From contig CBDDCX010000008.1 of NCBI GenBank assembly GCA_965226375.1, positions 2,176,001 through 2,240,000 on the forward strand: a stretch of DNA of 64,000 bases, written 5' to 3'. This document shows positions 21,858 to 31,946 of the stretch, piece by piece; within the stretch, counting starts at the first letter, position 1; each line of letters starts with the position of its first letter. Source of the DNA: Longimicrobiales bacterium (GTDB lineage Bacteria > Gemmatimonadota > Gemmatimonadetes > Longimicrobiales > Gaopeijiaceae). Under the pieces are notes generated by a model that searched no databases, was not told where the DNA came from, and saw only the letters and a program-made list of their open reading frames with translations. A program made the translations under genes and the position numbers.

Positions 21858-22058
21858 GTATCTGAGCACCACGTCAGCGAAAGACAGGATCGGTTCCTTG
21901 GGGCTGTACGCCTTGGTGGGTTTCTGTACGCTCATTTGGGTGACCCAACCGTGGGCTCCCGTTCCACCCACAGTGCGAGTGCCGTAGCATGGGGAGCGTT
22001 GATGCTCTGGCTATTGCCACCCTGGAGTCATTGGGTCGAGAAGCATCGAGCCCCCGGG
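21858..22058 (+). pseudogene. 3' fragment of a membrane protein, frameshifted, with its end interrupted by the IS481-like element
   Basis: YLSTTSAKDRIGSLGLYALV...PVPPT then WLLPPWSHWVEKHR in a shifted frame. Confidence 0.4.
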
Positions 22059-23367
22059 TGAACAGCGCACCTGATGGTTAACACAAGTGTGCCAGCTGAT
22101 GGTTAACAGATTGGGTTACGTCCTGTGTTACCGTGGGTGTCGAAAATGACGAAGAGTTCTTCGTCAAACCACCCGAGGGTAGTGGGACCGAAGTAGACCT
22201 GCCACAGAGCGGGGCCGATGGGTTCGAGCCCGATGAACTCGTTGCCCAGAGCCGAACTGATGTTGATCCAACGCGAGTGCCAGCGGATGGCTCCGTTTGT
22301 AGAGACCTTACGGACCTCGAAGTGCTCAGGGTACTCGATGGGCGGAAGGACGTCGGGGTAGGCTCTAAGAGCCGATCGGTAGACGGAATGGGGAGTAGCG
22401 TCGTCGAGCGCCTCGTGGGGGCGGATGTGATTGAATGTGTGGCGGAAGTCGTTGAAGTGGCGCTGCTGGGCACTGAGGTTGGCCTTGGGCGGGCGAGTGG
22501 CTTCACGCTTGAGGGTCCTGTGCATGCGTTCGTGTCGGCCGTTCTGCTGCGGCTTACCCGGCTCGATGGTCTCAGGACGGATACCGAGGCGGATCCACCA
22601 GGCACTCAGGCGTGTGAGGCGAGCGAGGCCGATGGAAGCGAAGGGCGTACCATTGTCGGAGCGGATGACGGCGGGCAGACCGAACTCGCGGAAAGTCCTG
22701 ATGAACACAGGCTTGGCGAGCTCGATCGACGTGGAATACAGCCCTGTGCACTCGAGCAGGAACCGGCTGAAGCCGTCCTGGATCGTGAGGGGGTAGCAGT
22801 AGCGACCGTTGCGCATCTTGAACTGCCCTTTGAAGTCGACGGTCCAGACCGCATTGGGCTCATCCATCGCAGTGAGCGGCTTGCCGGGGTGGCCCGGTTT
22901 GCCGGAGCGTCTGCGCTTCTTCGTGATCAGGTCGTGACGCTCGAAGATGCGATCGATCGTCCTGCGAACTGGGGCCGAGCCAAACTTCTCAGCTGTGAGT
23001 TTACGGATCTTGCGTGATCCCCATCCGTAGCGCTGACGCAGGTCGACGACGTGTTCGACGATCGGCTCCTCCACGGCGTGCGGGCAGTGATGGGGTCGGC
23101 GCGATCGCTCTTGCAGTCCCTCGAATCCCTCTGCGCGGAAGCGATTCCACCAGGTGTATCCCGCGGTCCTGCTGATACCGTAGCGCCTACAGGACTCGGC
23201 GAAACTGAACGTCCGTTGTTGCACTTCGAGGATGAAGCGTACTCTTTGCTCGTACATGGTCGACCGGTTCCAGTCCATCGGGCTCTCCTTGTTGCAGAAC
23301 CCTGGTTGATAGGAACCTGTCAACCATCAGTGTAGGCCATTGTGTAAAGGATCAGGGTAGGCTGTAC
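22059..23367 (-). mobile_element. IS481-family element, complete
   Basis: Repeated end motifs TGATGGTTAACA x2 at 22072-22109, with related motifs at 23318-23358; CCGGG (or CCCGGG) direct repeat on both flanks. Confidence 0.8.
22103..23278 (-). CDS. IS481-family transposase
   Basis: N-terminal HTH (RRYGISRTAGYTW), WTVDFKG, IRSDNGTPF, PQQNGRHERMHRTLK, RPHEAL. Confidence 0.9.
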   Translation of the reverse strand: MDWNRSTMYEQRVRFILEVQQRTFSFAESCRRYGISRTAGYTWWNRFRAEGFEGLQERSRRPHHCPHAVEEPIVEHVVDLRQRYGWGSRKIRKLTAEKFGSAPVRRTIDRIFERHDLITKKRRRSGKPGHPGKPLTAMDEPNAVWTVDFKGQFKMRNGRYCYPLTIQDGFSRFLLECTGLYSTSIELAKPVFIRTFREFGLPAVIRSDNGTPFASIGLARLTRLSAWWIRLGIRPETIEPGKPQQNGRHERMHRTLKREATRPPKANLSAQQRHFNDFRHTFNHIRPHEALDDATPHSVYRSALRAYPDVLPPIEYPEHFEVRKVSTNGAIRWHSRWINISSALGNEFIGLEPIGPALWQVYFGPTTLGWFDEELFVIFDTHGNTGRNPIC

Positions 23368-23377
23368 CCGGGGTGCG

Positions 23378-23462
23378 ACCTAACGAGCGATTGCTGCGGT
23401 CGCCGTAGGCATCTAGCTCGCGCGCTTCACTTGCGGTCGGCATCTTGGTCGCACAGCAGAAT
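23378..23462 (+). other. Partial integron attC-like site (R'' and L boxes present, R' missing)
   Basis: ACCTAAC, 5-nt spacer, ATT(G)CTGC ... GCAGAAT pairing with one extrahelical G; no GTT follows. Confidence 0.5.
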
Positions 23463-23488
23463 TGATAGCACCATTTCGAGGAGAGTGA

Positions 23489-24000
23489 GTGCACCCTGGC
23501 GCCAAGCTCCATGACCTACTCCGCCCCGGGCTCGATCTATCTGCGGAACCGCCGCGAGTTCAGTGTCCGCCGAAAGGGGTCAGTACTACGCCGGTCCTGG
23601 GAACCGATTCTGGTCGGTCCTAGAAGAGACGGGCCTTACGCCCTGTCTTCTCCACCCATCCGAGTACCGGAGCTTATTGGAACACGGCATCGGACTCACC
23701 GACGTCGTGAAGGACCAGGCTGGGATGGATATCGAAATAGACTTTCCGGAGCCCGGCGTCAGAGTTGAACATCGACTGAGGCCCCATTCGCCACGTTTTC
23801 TGTGCTTCAACGGGAAGAGGGCCACTTCCGAGGCCCTAGGTCGGCAACGGGTCTCTTACGGAATCCAGTCCAACGTGTTCGGGTCAACTCGCTTGTTCGT
23901 CGCTCCGTCGACCAGCGCAGCCGCCCGGCGATGGTGGGATATTGGATTCTGGCAGCAACTGGCTGACCTCGTTCGGAGCCCAGACCAATCCGGTTGGTAA
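23489..24000 (+). pseudogene. mug: Mismatch-specific uracil-DNA glycosylase, frameshifted near 23540
   Basis: LHDLLRPGLDL|CGTAAS, YYAGPGNRFW, GIGLTDVVK, FNGK, APSTS; RBS GAGGAG before GTG 23489. Confidence 0.75.
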
Positions 24001-24158
24001 GTGTTTGTCCAGCAGGTACGGTGGAGGCCCCAAATCAACCGGCTGGCCCCGGAAGCAGTCGTGTGAGGTCACCCGAGTCCCCTCCCCTACCGCCCAGTTC
24101 GTGCCAGGTAACCGGAGTTCTTGGGCTCCACGTGGGGTCTCGAACACGGCTGACGCGG

Positions 24159-24707
24159 CTACATCGTGCAAACCATCTGACCCGGCACCTGGGATCGCAC
24201 CTCGGCCAGGGGTAGGGCCGGCGCATCACCGTAAGACAACACGCAGCCCTGGGACGGCTCGAGAGCGACGTGAGTGGCCCAAGCCATCCATCCGGTCGGA
24301 GAGGCATACAGGACGATCGAAACGCCGTCGGAGTGGACGAACTCGAGATCCGGGAAGGAGGAGGTGTAAGCGTGATGCTCTGCGTAGTAGATCTCCTCCT
24401 GCGAGGCCAAGTTCTTCAGGTCCGACTTGATGGCCGCAGCGTAGGCGTGCTCTCTGCCACCGGAACAGATGGGCGGCGTCATCACCACAGCGAGAACCAA
24501 CAGGCCAACCGCGCAAAGCGCGGAACGGCGGAGGCTCATTCGCCGGGTGACGTACAGGGCCACGAAGATGAGATCGAAGACGGGAAGCCCGATGGAGTAC
24601 AACGAAACCAACAGAATCGCAGTCACGCATCCGATCGTCAGATCGACCATTTCGCGAAGGAAGTCGCCCATCAAGCGGTGTGCGTCGGATTGGTGGTCGC
24701 CTCTCAT
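24159..24707 (-). CDS. Membrane protein with type IV pilin-like C-terminal domain
   Basis: TM segments then AYAAAIKSDLKNLASQEEIYY..H.Y and a C-terminal Cys pair; start uncertain. Confidence 0.55.
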   Translation of the reverse strand: MRGDHQSDAHRLMGDFLREMVDLTIGCVTAILLVSLYSIGLPVFDLIFVALYVTRRMSLRRSALCAVGLLVLAVVMTPPICSGGREHAYAAAIKSDLKNLASQEEIYYAEHHAYTSSFPDLEFVHSDGVSIVLYASPTGWMAWATHVALEPSQGCVLSYGDAPALPLAEVRSQVPGQMVCTM

Positions 24708-24865
24708 CCCTACTCTCCGTTGTGAAGCCAGCGTGTTGCCGTCGTTACTCAAGAACAGGAAAGGAGCCTTGAAGTGCTCATCCTGATCGACAGTCACTTT
24801 CCTTGCGCGGTGTAGAAGCCTGCAGAACCTTCTAGCCAGACCACCGACTCCTCTCGGGAGGCACC

Positions 24866-25453
24866 GTGCGAGAAGGCGAAGCACCGGACCTGACTCATCA
24901 CCTCTCCAAGGCGAGGGCAGGCGATTCCGAGTCGGCCGCCCTCGTGGGTGATGCGGTCTCCGCCGAATTCCAGCGTCTGGCTCACTCGCATAGGATCCGG
25001 TGGGGCGGAGACTATACGCTCGATACGTCTGCGATCGTCGGAGAGGCGTGGATGAAACTCTTCCCGGGCTCCCCGGGCGGTTGGAACGATCGGGCCCACT
25101 TCTACCGGGTGGCGGCCCGCGCCATGCGCCAGGTTCTCGTCAACTACTCGGAGATGCGAAAAGCCGAGCGCCGTCGCGCCCCGGGCGGCGAACAGGAACT
25201 GGACGAGAACGTGGCGCTCGTCGAGCAAGACGCGTTGGTGCTGGAGCTGCATGAACAGCTCGAGCGATTGGCCCAGGAGCACCCGCGCCATTCTCAGGTT
25301 GCGGAGCTCCGCTACTTCGTCGGCCTCACGATCGAAGAGACCGCTGAGGTCTTGGGCGTATCCCCCATCACCGTGCGGAGGGACTGGAGCTTCACAAAGG
25401 CCTGGCTCAAGGCGAAGCTCGCAGAGACGGAGTCTCATGACGGAGAGGACTGA
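24866..25453 (+). CDS. ECF-type sigma factor of the kinase-associated type
   Basis: TLDTSAIVGEAWMKL, RAHFYRVAARAMRQVLVN, ELRYFVGLTIEETAEVLGVSPITVRRDW. Confidence 0.9.
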   Translation: MREGEAPDLTHHLSKARAGDSESAALVGDAVSAEFQRLAHSHRIRWGGDYTLDTSAIVGEAWMKLFPGSPGGWNDRAHFYRVAARAMRQVLVNYSEMRKAERRRAPGGEQELDENVALVEQDALVLELHEQLERLAQEHPRHSQVAELRYFVGLTIEETAEVLGVSPITVRRDWSFTKAWLKAKLAETESHDGED

Positions 25454-25790
25454 GGATCCGGGGACGAAAGGCGACAGTCCTCTCACCCAGATTTTCCACG
25501 CAGCTCGGGACCTGCCCCCCGAGGAGCGAAGAGCGTACATCGAGCGCGCATGTGCGGAAGACGCTGAGCTTCTGAAGGAGCTCATTCCGCTCATCGAGGC
25601 GCTCGACACCGATGCCGGCCGACCCGACCTCGATACGGGGGCGGTACGCTCTGCCATCGAGGCCGCGACGGCCGAGAGTGGGGTGATCGGACGGCGGATT
25701 GACGACTTCGAGCTGACCCCTCTCTGCCAACGTACGTGAGACACGGAGCACGCAAAGAATTAGAGTAGGGCGAAGGCAGAGAAAACGAAC

Positions 25791-26240
25791 ATGTTGGGAC
25801 TGCGAGAGAGAATGGCAGAGAATGGTAGTGCCCCTGGAACCGGGGAGGCCAAGCGAAGCGCGGCAGCTCCTGCGGACCCGGAGGTAGTAGATAGGCCGCT
25901 ACGGCGGCGGTTCAGTCCGTCGTACAAGCTGCGGATCGTCGAAGAAGCGGACCGGTGCACCGAGCCCGGCGAGGTGGGTCAAGTCCTGCGGCGAGAGGGC
26001 CTGTACTCGTCGCACCTGACGACGTGGCGCAAGGCGGCGCATAGCGGGTCGCTGAAGGCCCTGTCGAAGAAACGCGGCCGCAAGCCGGAGCGAAATCCGC
26101 TGGATGAGAAGGTACGCAAGCTGGAGCGGCGAAACGCACGGCTCGGGAATGAGCTCAGGAAGGCACACCTGATCATCGACGTGCAGGGAAAAGTTGCGGG
26201 GCTGCTGGGGATAAGCCTCGACGACGGGACAAACTCTTGA
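25791..26240 (+). CDS. IS3 transposase OrfA
   Basis: RRRFSPSYKLRIV, LRREGLYSSHLTTWR, coiled-coil. Confidence 0.85.
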   Translation: MLGLRERMAENGSAPGTGEAKRSAAAPADPEVVDRPLRRRFSPSYKLRIVEEADRCTEPGEVGQVLRREGLYSSHLTTWRKAAHSGSLKALSKKRGRKPERNPLDEKVRKLERRNARLGNELRKAHLIIDVQGKVAGLLGISLDDGTNS

Positions 26241-27244
26241 AGGCGGCCGATGAGCTGGCTAAGCACGTCGGTGTAAAACCGGCGTGCGCGGCCCTCGAGG
26301 TCTCCCGATCGACGTTGTACCGTCGTCGAGGCCCATCAACCGGGCAACAGCAGCCCCGCCCGACGCCCGCCCGGGCATTGAGCGAGACGGAACGAGGCGA
26401 GGTCTTCGACACGCTGTGTTCGGAGCGGTTCGTGGACCGCTCACCCGCCGAGGTGGTGGCCACGCTGCTCGACGAAGAGGTCTACCTGTGCAGCGAACGC
26501 ACGATGTATCGTGTTCTGGCCTCCGAGGTGCCGGTTCAGGAACGCCGGGCGCAGCGCACCCATCCCGAGTACAAGAAGCCCGAGTTGATGGCCACGGCGC
26601 CGAACCAGGTGTGGTCCTGGGATATCACGCGGCTGCTCGGGCCGAAGAAGTGGAGCTATTACTACCTCTACGTCATCATGGACATCTACAGCCGCTACGT
26701 CGTGGGCTGGATGGTGGCGGACCGGGAGAACTCGGCCCTGGCCGGCCGGTTGATCCAGCAGAGCTGCCTGAAGCATGGCGTCCAGCCCCGGGTCCTGACC
26801 CTGCACTCGGATCGGGGAGCTCCAATGACGAGCCAATGCACCGCTCAACTTCTCGCTGACCTCGGCGTGACCCGCTCGTTGAGCCGGCCTCAGGTGTCGG
26901 ATGACAACCCGTTTTCCGAGGCTCAGTTCAAAACCTTGAAGTACCATCCCTCGTTTCCCGGACGGTTCGGGGATCAGGGCCAAGCCAAGACGTTCTGTCG
27001 ATCGTTCTTCCGCTGGTACAATGCCGAGCACCGCCATGGCGGCATCTCGATGCTAACCCCCGAGCAGGTCCACTTCGGGAACGCCGATCAGGTCATTGCC
27101 GGCAGGAAATCCGTGCTCCGCGAAGCATGGGCCGCTCATCCCGAACGCTTCGTCAGAGGTGTGCCGAATCCCAAACCGCTCCCGGAGGCCGTCTTCATCA
27201 ATCCTCCCATCCCTTCCCTCACCACACAGGACATTGCTCTCTAA
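26237..27244 (+). CDS. IS3 transposase OrfB (DDE)
   Basis: PNQVWSWDIT, DIYSRYVVGW, LHSDRG, DNPFSEAQFKTLKY; TTG start overlaps the OrfA stop. Confidence 0.9.
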   Translation: MKAADELAKHVGVKPACAALEVSRSTLYRRRGPSTGQQQPRPTPARALSETERGEVFDTLCSERFVDRSPAEVVATLLDEEVYLCSERTMYRVLASEVPVQERRAQRTHPEYKKPELMATAPNQVWSWDITRLLGPKKWSYYYLYVIMDIYSRYVVGWMVADRENSALAGRLIQQSCLKHGVQPRVLTLHSDRGAPMTSQCTAQLLADLGVTRSLSRPQVSDDNPFSEAQFKTLKYHPSFPGRFGDQGQAKTFCRSFFRWYNAEHRHGGISMLTPEQVHFGNADQVIAGRKSVLREAWAAHPERFVRGVPNPKPLPEAVFINPPIPSLTTQDIAL

Positions 27245-28768
27245 TTAATCCCGTAGAGTGTCCCATTGTCGTTGACAGGTTCCGGACCGAGCTGCTCGGT
27301 GTGGGGGGCATGGGAGCCGTCTATCTCGGGGTCCGTGTGGATGGGGGCTTCGAACAACGCGCGGCTGTGAAGCTGCTCCCGATGGGAATGGACACTCCTG
27401 TCGCACGGTGGCGATTCGATGAAGAGCGCCGTCACCTCGCAGCGCTGGCTCATCCTTCCATCGCCCAGATTTACGGAGGGGGGGTCACTGACGACGGGAC
27501 GCCCTATCTGATCATGGAGTTCGTTGACGGCTGGCCCCTCGATCAGTTTTCCGACGACAACCGACTAACCGTCCGTCAGCGGCTCGAGTTGTTCCTGTCG
27601 GTCTGCGCTGCCGTCCAGCACGCCCATGAGCGCCTCGTGGTCCACCGCGATCTGAAGCCGTCAAACGTCTTCATCACGGGTGAGGGGGTACCGAAGCTTC
27701 TGGACTTCGGCATCGCTAGAGGGCTCGACGAGCACAAGCGTGCCCCTCCCGGCGAGGTGACTCGCCAGGGGCCCGCCTACACCAGGGCGTACTCCAGCCC
27801 AGAGCAGATCTTCGGCGAGGAGCTCACCACCGCCGCCGACGTGTTTTCGCTCGGTGTCGTTCTATATGAGCTCCTCGCGGGCGAGCGTCCGTTCGGGGCC
27901 GCGCTGGCACGGGACCATGAGGACGCCATGAGGAGGTTTACGCGGCGGCGCTCTAACGATCACGAGACTGCGGATCGACGCTCGGTATCGCCCAAGGATC
28001 TTCGCCGCACTCTCAAGAGAGACCTCTCCTGGATCGTGGGAAGGGCTATTCGCCACAACCCGGAAGAGAGATATCAGACCGTTGCGGCTCTGGCCCGGGA
28101 CATCCGGCAGTACTTGGAGAGTCGGCCCGTCGACGCCGCCCCACCGAGCTTGGCCTACCGACTCGAACGCCTCGTCGCTCGCAGGCCGACCGAGGTAGCT
28201 CTCGGCGTGCTGATCGTATTCTTCATCGGGTTCTCGCTCGCCCAGACCGTGCAGGCTCGACTCGAGCTGCAACGAGCTCGAGCGTTCAACCAGTTCATCA
28301 GCTCTGCTGTTCTCGGGCTCGGTCCGTCTCAGGATGCCTCGGCGACGACGACTCTCGGGGAGACAGTGGACTCCGCCCTGGCGACCCTCCGGCTGAATCC
28401 CCTGGGCTCGGAGGGGGCGCAGGCAGACGTGCTCGGAGCTTTGGGGGGCGCGTACCTGAGGCTCGGCCGTCCTTCGGATGCCCGGCCTCTACTTCAGGAA
28501 GCAACGGCCCTCCGTCGCAACAGAGCTCGCCCCGACTCGACCCTGGCAGAGCTTCATCGCTACCTGGGTCTCGCGCATCTGGCCCTCGCCTCGTCCGACT
28601 CCGCGGAACACTATCTTAGGAGCGCGCTCGAAGGTTACCCACGCGGGCCTGAGAGTGCGGATATTCGGGCGAACATCGCGACGCTGCTCGACAGTCTCGG
28701 CGCGAGGTCCACGACGCCTGACTAAGTTTTTAGGGCTCCAAACTAGGCGCCCAGTCGGAGTCTTGGAG

Positions 28769-29509
28769 TCAGTGGCTGAGAATCTTGCCGACGAACTCCT
28801 GGCACCGCCGCGTCTGAGGGCTGTCGAAGATCCGGTCTGCGGAGCCTTCCTCGATCACCTTGCCTCGATCCATCATGACGACCTTCGTGGAGATCTCACG
28901 GACCAACGCCATCTCGTGAGAGACGATCAGCATAGTCATCCCGTCAGCGGCCAAGATGCGGATCGCGTCGAGCACGTCACTGACCAACTCAGGGTCGAGC
29001 GCCGACGTCACTTCGTCCAGCAGCAGGATGTCCGGCTTGAGCGCCAGGGCCCGAGCGATCGCCACCCGTTGCTGTTGGCCGCCTGACAGCTCGTCAGGAT
29101 ACGCGTGCAGCTTGTCGCCGAGACCCACCTTCTGGAGAAGAGCGGTAGCTTCCTCCGTGACCTCGCGGGCGTTACGCTTGCGTATCTTGACCGGTGCGAC
29201 GGTCACATTGCGCAGCGCTGACATGTTCTGAAACAGGTTGTATTGCTGAAAGACGATGGCCAGCCGTTCCCGGAGCGCCTTCACGCTCTTCTTGTTCCCG
29301 TAATCGACCTTCTCCCCGTCCAGTATCACCTCGCCGGACTTCGGCACCAGGAGCCCCATGAGGCTCCTCAACAACGAGCTCTTGCCTGAGCCCGAGGGGC
29401 CGATCACGCTGACGATCTCTCCCTTCCCGACTTGAATGCTGACGTCGTCGAGGACCAGTTCCTTCCCGTCGTAGCTCGCGGTGAGGCCGTCGATTTCTAG
29501 GTGGTGCAT
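28769..29509 (-). CDS. Polar amino-acid ABC transporter ATP-binding protein
   Basis: GPSGSGKS, LSGGQQQRVAIARAL, LLDEVTSALDPE, VSHEM. Confidence 0.95.
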   Translation of the reverse strand: MHHLEIDGLTASYDGKELVLDDVSIQVGKGEIVSVIGPSGSGKSSLLRSLMGLLVPKSGEVILDGEKVDYGNKKSVKALRERLAIVFQQYNLFQNMSALRNVTVAPVKIRKRNAREVTEEATALLQKVGLGDKLHAYPDELSGGQQQRVAIARALALKPDILLLDEVTSALDPELVSDVLDAIRILAADGMTMLIVSHEMALVREISTKVVMMDRGKVIEEGSADRIFDSPQTRRCQEFVGKILSH

Positions 29510-30423
29510 GGGTCGGAGATCCGGAACAGCTCTCCGGGATTAGTCGAGTTCATCGTGCGGATCTCCCCTTCACTGAAACCGGCGCTCTCCAAGAGCAACA
29601 TGTACTCCCGAAACGCCTCGACCGGCGGCGGCAGCAAGAAAATACCCGCGTCGCTCGAGACAATGGCCCCTGCGGGGGTCGCGGCCCGAATCCTCGGCGC
29701 CATTTCGTCGATGGTCAGGCCCTTTGCTCGGTGCTTTTCCTTGTCCACGTGGGTCAGACCCACCTGCGTCGCATGCGTCAGGATGAAGAACGAAAACTCG
29801 GCATACGCACCGGCGGCGACGATGGCCTTGATCTCATCTTCGGCGTAGCGTGCCGCATGGGTCCGCAGTCGCTTCAGTCCTCTCCGCTGCCCTTCCTCGA
29901 CCAACGCGACGGCTTCGTGCCCGGCAACATGACCGCAGTCGAAGACCGCATCGGCCTCGGCGACCAGATCCATGATCTCCAGCACCACCTCCGGCACCTT
30001 GCCCGACTTCGGCACCGAGAAGGTCGTCTCGAGAAACCCAGGACTTCGGCCCTCACGCTCGGCGACATGCCGCGTGTGATGGGTTGGCAGCGAGACAAAG
30101 CGAGCGCCCGTTCCTGGTCCGTACCCGTATGCCAGCGCCGTGCGTGCGGCCTCGACCGTGACCCCGCCAGCCATCGGCTGCATGATGATCCCCCCGAACA
30201 CCTCGACGCCCAAGGACCCGAGTTCGGCCTTGGCCAGGGCGGCAAAGCCTGAGCTGTTGCCGAAGTTGTCCATCAGGCCGATGGCACGGATGCCGGCGTC
30301 TGCCGCTTGTCGTGTCGCCTCGAACACGTTGATCGACCGGCCGTTGATGTGCGGGCAGACATGCGTATGGCAGTCGATCGCACCTCGCAGATACTGCATC
30401 CCGGGACTCGTCGATGTCGTCAT
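29497..30423 (-). CDS. Amidohydrolase-superfamily protein (DUF6282-like)
   Basis: GAIDCHTHVCP HxH, CGH, RTH, SSDAG, NPGELF. Confidence 0.65.
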   Translation of the reverse strand: MTTSTSPGMQYLRGAIDCHTHVCPHINGRSINVFEATRQAADAGIRAIGLMDNFGNSSGFAALAKAELGSLGVEVFGGIIMQPMAGGVTVEAARTALAYGYGPGTGARFVSLPTHHTRHVAEREGRSPGFLETTFSVPKSGKVPEVVLEIMDLVAEADAVFDCGHVAGHEAVALVEEGQRRGLKRLRTHAARYAEDEIKAIVAAGAYAEFSFFILTHATQVGLTHVDKEKHRAKGLTIDEMAPRIRAATPAGAIVSSDAGIFLLPPPVEAFREYMLLLESAGFSEGEIRTMNSTNPGELFRISDPCTT

Positions 30424-30454
30424 TTTTCGCGTCGATTGGAGTGGTTAGTTGCTG

Positions 30455-31198
30455 TCAAACCGCACCGGACTCGGCAAGCAGCGGGTGGGGCAGCGGGGGG
30501 GCACCCGACTGCCAGCCCCGGGGCCGCTCCAGCTTCCTCTCGAGCCTTCGTGCGTAGAGGTTGAGCGGGTAGCAGATGATGAAATATAGAACGAGCAGTG
30601 ACCCGAAGCTCAGGATGGGCGAGAACCCCCTCTGGTCCAGGACCTTCGCGGCGTAGGTCAGCTCGAAAACGGAGATTTGCGAGGCGATCGACGTCGCCTT
30701 GATGAGGCCGACCGTGAAGCTCAGTGCCGGCGGCAGAATGACCTTCCAAGACTGTGGCAACGCCCAGAGCTTGAGGCTCATGACGCCGCCCATGTTCATG
30801 GATTCCGCCGCGTCCCACTGACTCTCGGGCAACGCCTCGAGCCCCGCGCGCATGATCTCCGCTGAAAAGGCGGCCGCGGCCAGCGCAACCGTGGTCGCCG
30901 TGACGGTGAACATGGAGACGCTAAGACCGACTACCTCAAAGGCGAAAAAGACCACCATCAGCTTGATCAGAAAGGGAACCCGCCGGAAGGTCTCGCTGAA
31001 CCCGACGGACAGGAGGCGGGCGGGCCACAAGTCAACCACATGGCGGTTACGAATGAAGGCAAGCAGCGAGCCAACGGCGTACCCGACAACGCAGCCGACG
31101 ATCGACAGGCCCACGGTCACGCCAAAGGCCTGGGCCAGAAACGCCATATTGGAATACGACAGGAAGAGTGGCAGCTGCTCCAGGAGGGACCCACCCAT
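30455..31198 (-). CDS. Amino-acid ABC transporter permease
   Basis: FRRVPFLI, AEIMRAG...QWDAA EAA loop, LIKATSIAS. Confidence 0.9.
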   Translation of the reverse strand: MGGSLLEQLPLFLSYSNMAFLAQAFGVTVGLSIVGCVVGYAVGSLLAFIRNRHVVDLWPARLLSVGFSETFRRVPFLIKLMVVFFAFEVVGLSVSMFTVTATTVALAAAAFSAEIMRAGLEALPESQWDAAESMNMGGVMSLKLWALPQSWKVILPPALSFTVGLIKATSIASQISVFELTYAAKVLDQRGFSPILSFGSLLVLYFIICYPLNLYARRLERKLERPRGWQSGAPPLPHPLLAESGAV

Positions 31199-31875
31199 CA
31201 GACGAGCCTCGCCTTGACGCGGAACACATAGCGTCCGATGAGCCACAGCACGGCGCTGGCGATGAAGGTCAACACCACATAGAGGACCGCCGATATCGAG
31301 AAGACCTCGAAGGAGCGGAAGGTCTCGGCGCTGACGTTGTAGGCTCGGCCCGTGAGCTCCTCGAGACCGAAGATCGACGCGATGGAGGTCGTCATCGTCA
31401 GCAGGATGTACTGGTTGCTCAGCGGCGGATAGAGGACTCTGATGATATGGGGCAGAATGACGTACCACGTCATCTGTGTAACGCTCATGCCGAGCGTTTC
31501 CGCCGCCTCGATCTCCGCCTTGCGAACGGACTGGAAGCCGGCGCGCAGGGTTTCCGTCAGGTACCCGCTGACGTTGAGCGTCAATCCCAGCAGCACTGCC
31601 TGGTAGGAAGACAGAAACACACCCATTTCCGGCAGGGCGAAGAACAAGAAGAATATCTGGACCAGGACCGGTGTGTTCATGAAGAAGGCGACGTAGCCGC
31701 TCACCACTGCGCGCAACGCCCGGTTCTTGTTATAGGACAGAACGGTCGCATTGATGGTGGCGATGGTTATCCCACCCACGAAGGCGAGAAACGCCATCTG
31801 GAGCGCGAGCCAAGCTCCCCCGATCAGGTAGCCCGTGAATCCGACGACCTGCCCCCACTGCAGCGTGTAGGCCAC
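31198..31875 (-). CDS. Amino-acid ABC transporter permease
   Basis: NTPVLVQIFFLFF, ETLRAG...EAAETLGMS, TSIAS. Confidence 0.9.
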   Translation of the reverse strand: MAYTLQWGQVVGFTGYLIGGAWLALQMAFLAFVGGITIATINATVLSYNKNRALRAVVSGYVAFFMNTPVLVQIFFLFFALPEMGVFLSSYQAVLLGLTLNVSGYLTETLRAGFQSVRKAEIEAAETLGMSVTQMTWYVILPHIIRVLYPPLSNQYILLTMTTSIASIFGLEELTGRAYNVSAETFRSFEVFSISAVLYVVLTFIASAVLWLIGRYVFRVKARLV

Positions 31876-31946
31876 GTCAGTCCCTGCCGGTCGCCACTAG
31901 TCGGGGGTCCCTCGACGCCACGGTGGCGCGAGCGCGACTACCCCCA

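Larger units (their letters stand above)
25718..27284 (+). mobile_element. IS3-family element
   Basis: Imperfect 27-bp terminal IRs (CCCTCTCTGCCAACG...GAGACAC / GTGTCCC...CGTTGACAGGTTCCG); 3-bp GAC target duplication at 25715-17 and 27285-87. Confidence 0.9.
25437..28725 (+). pseudogene. Ser/Thr protein kinase with TM and TPR tail, interrupted by IS3
   Basis: Removing 25718-27287 restores ...DDFELTELLGVGGMGAVY; AVKLL, HRDLKPSN, LLDFGIA, SPEQ, DVFSLG all present. Confidence 0.9.

Noticed and set aside
27127..27287. N-terminus of the 532-aa kinase ORF
   Set aside because: Derived from IS3 sequence; the native N-terminus is 25437-25717
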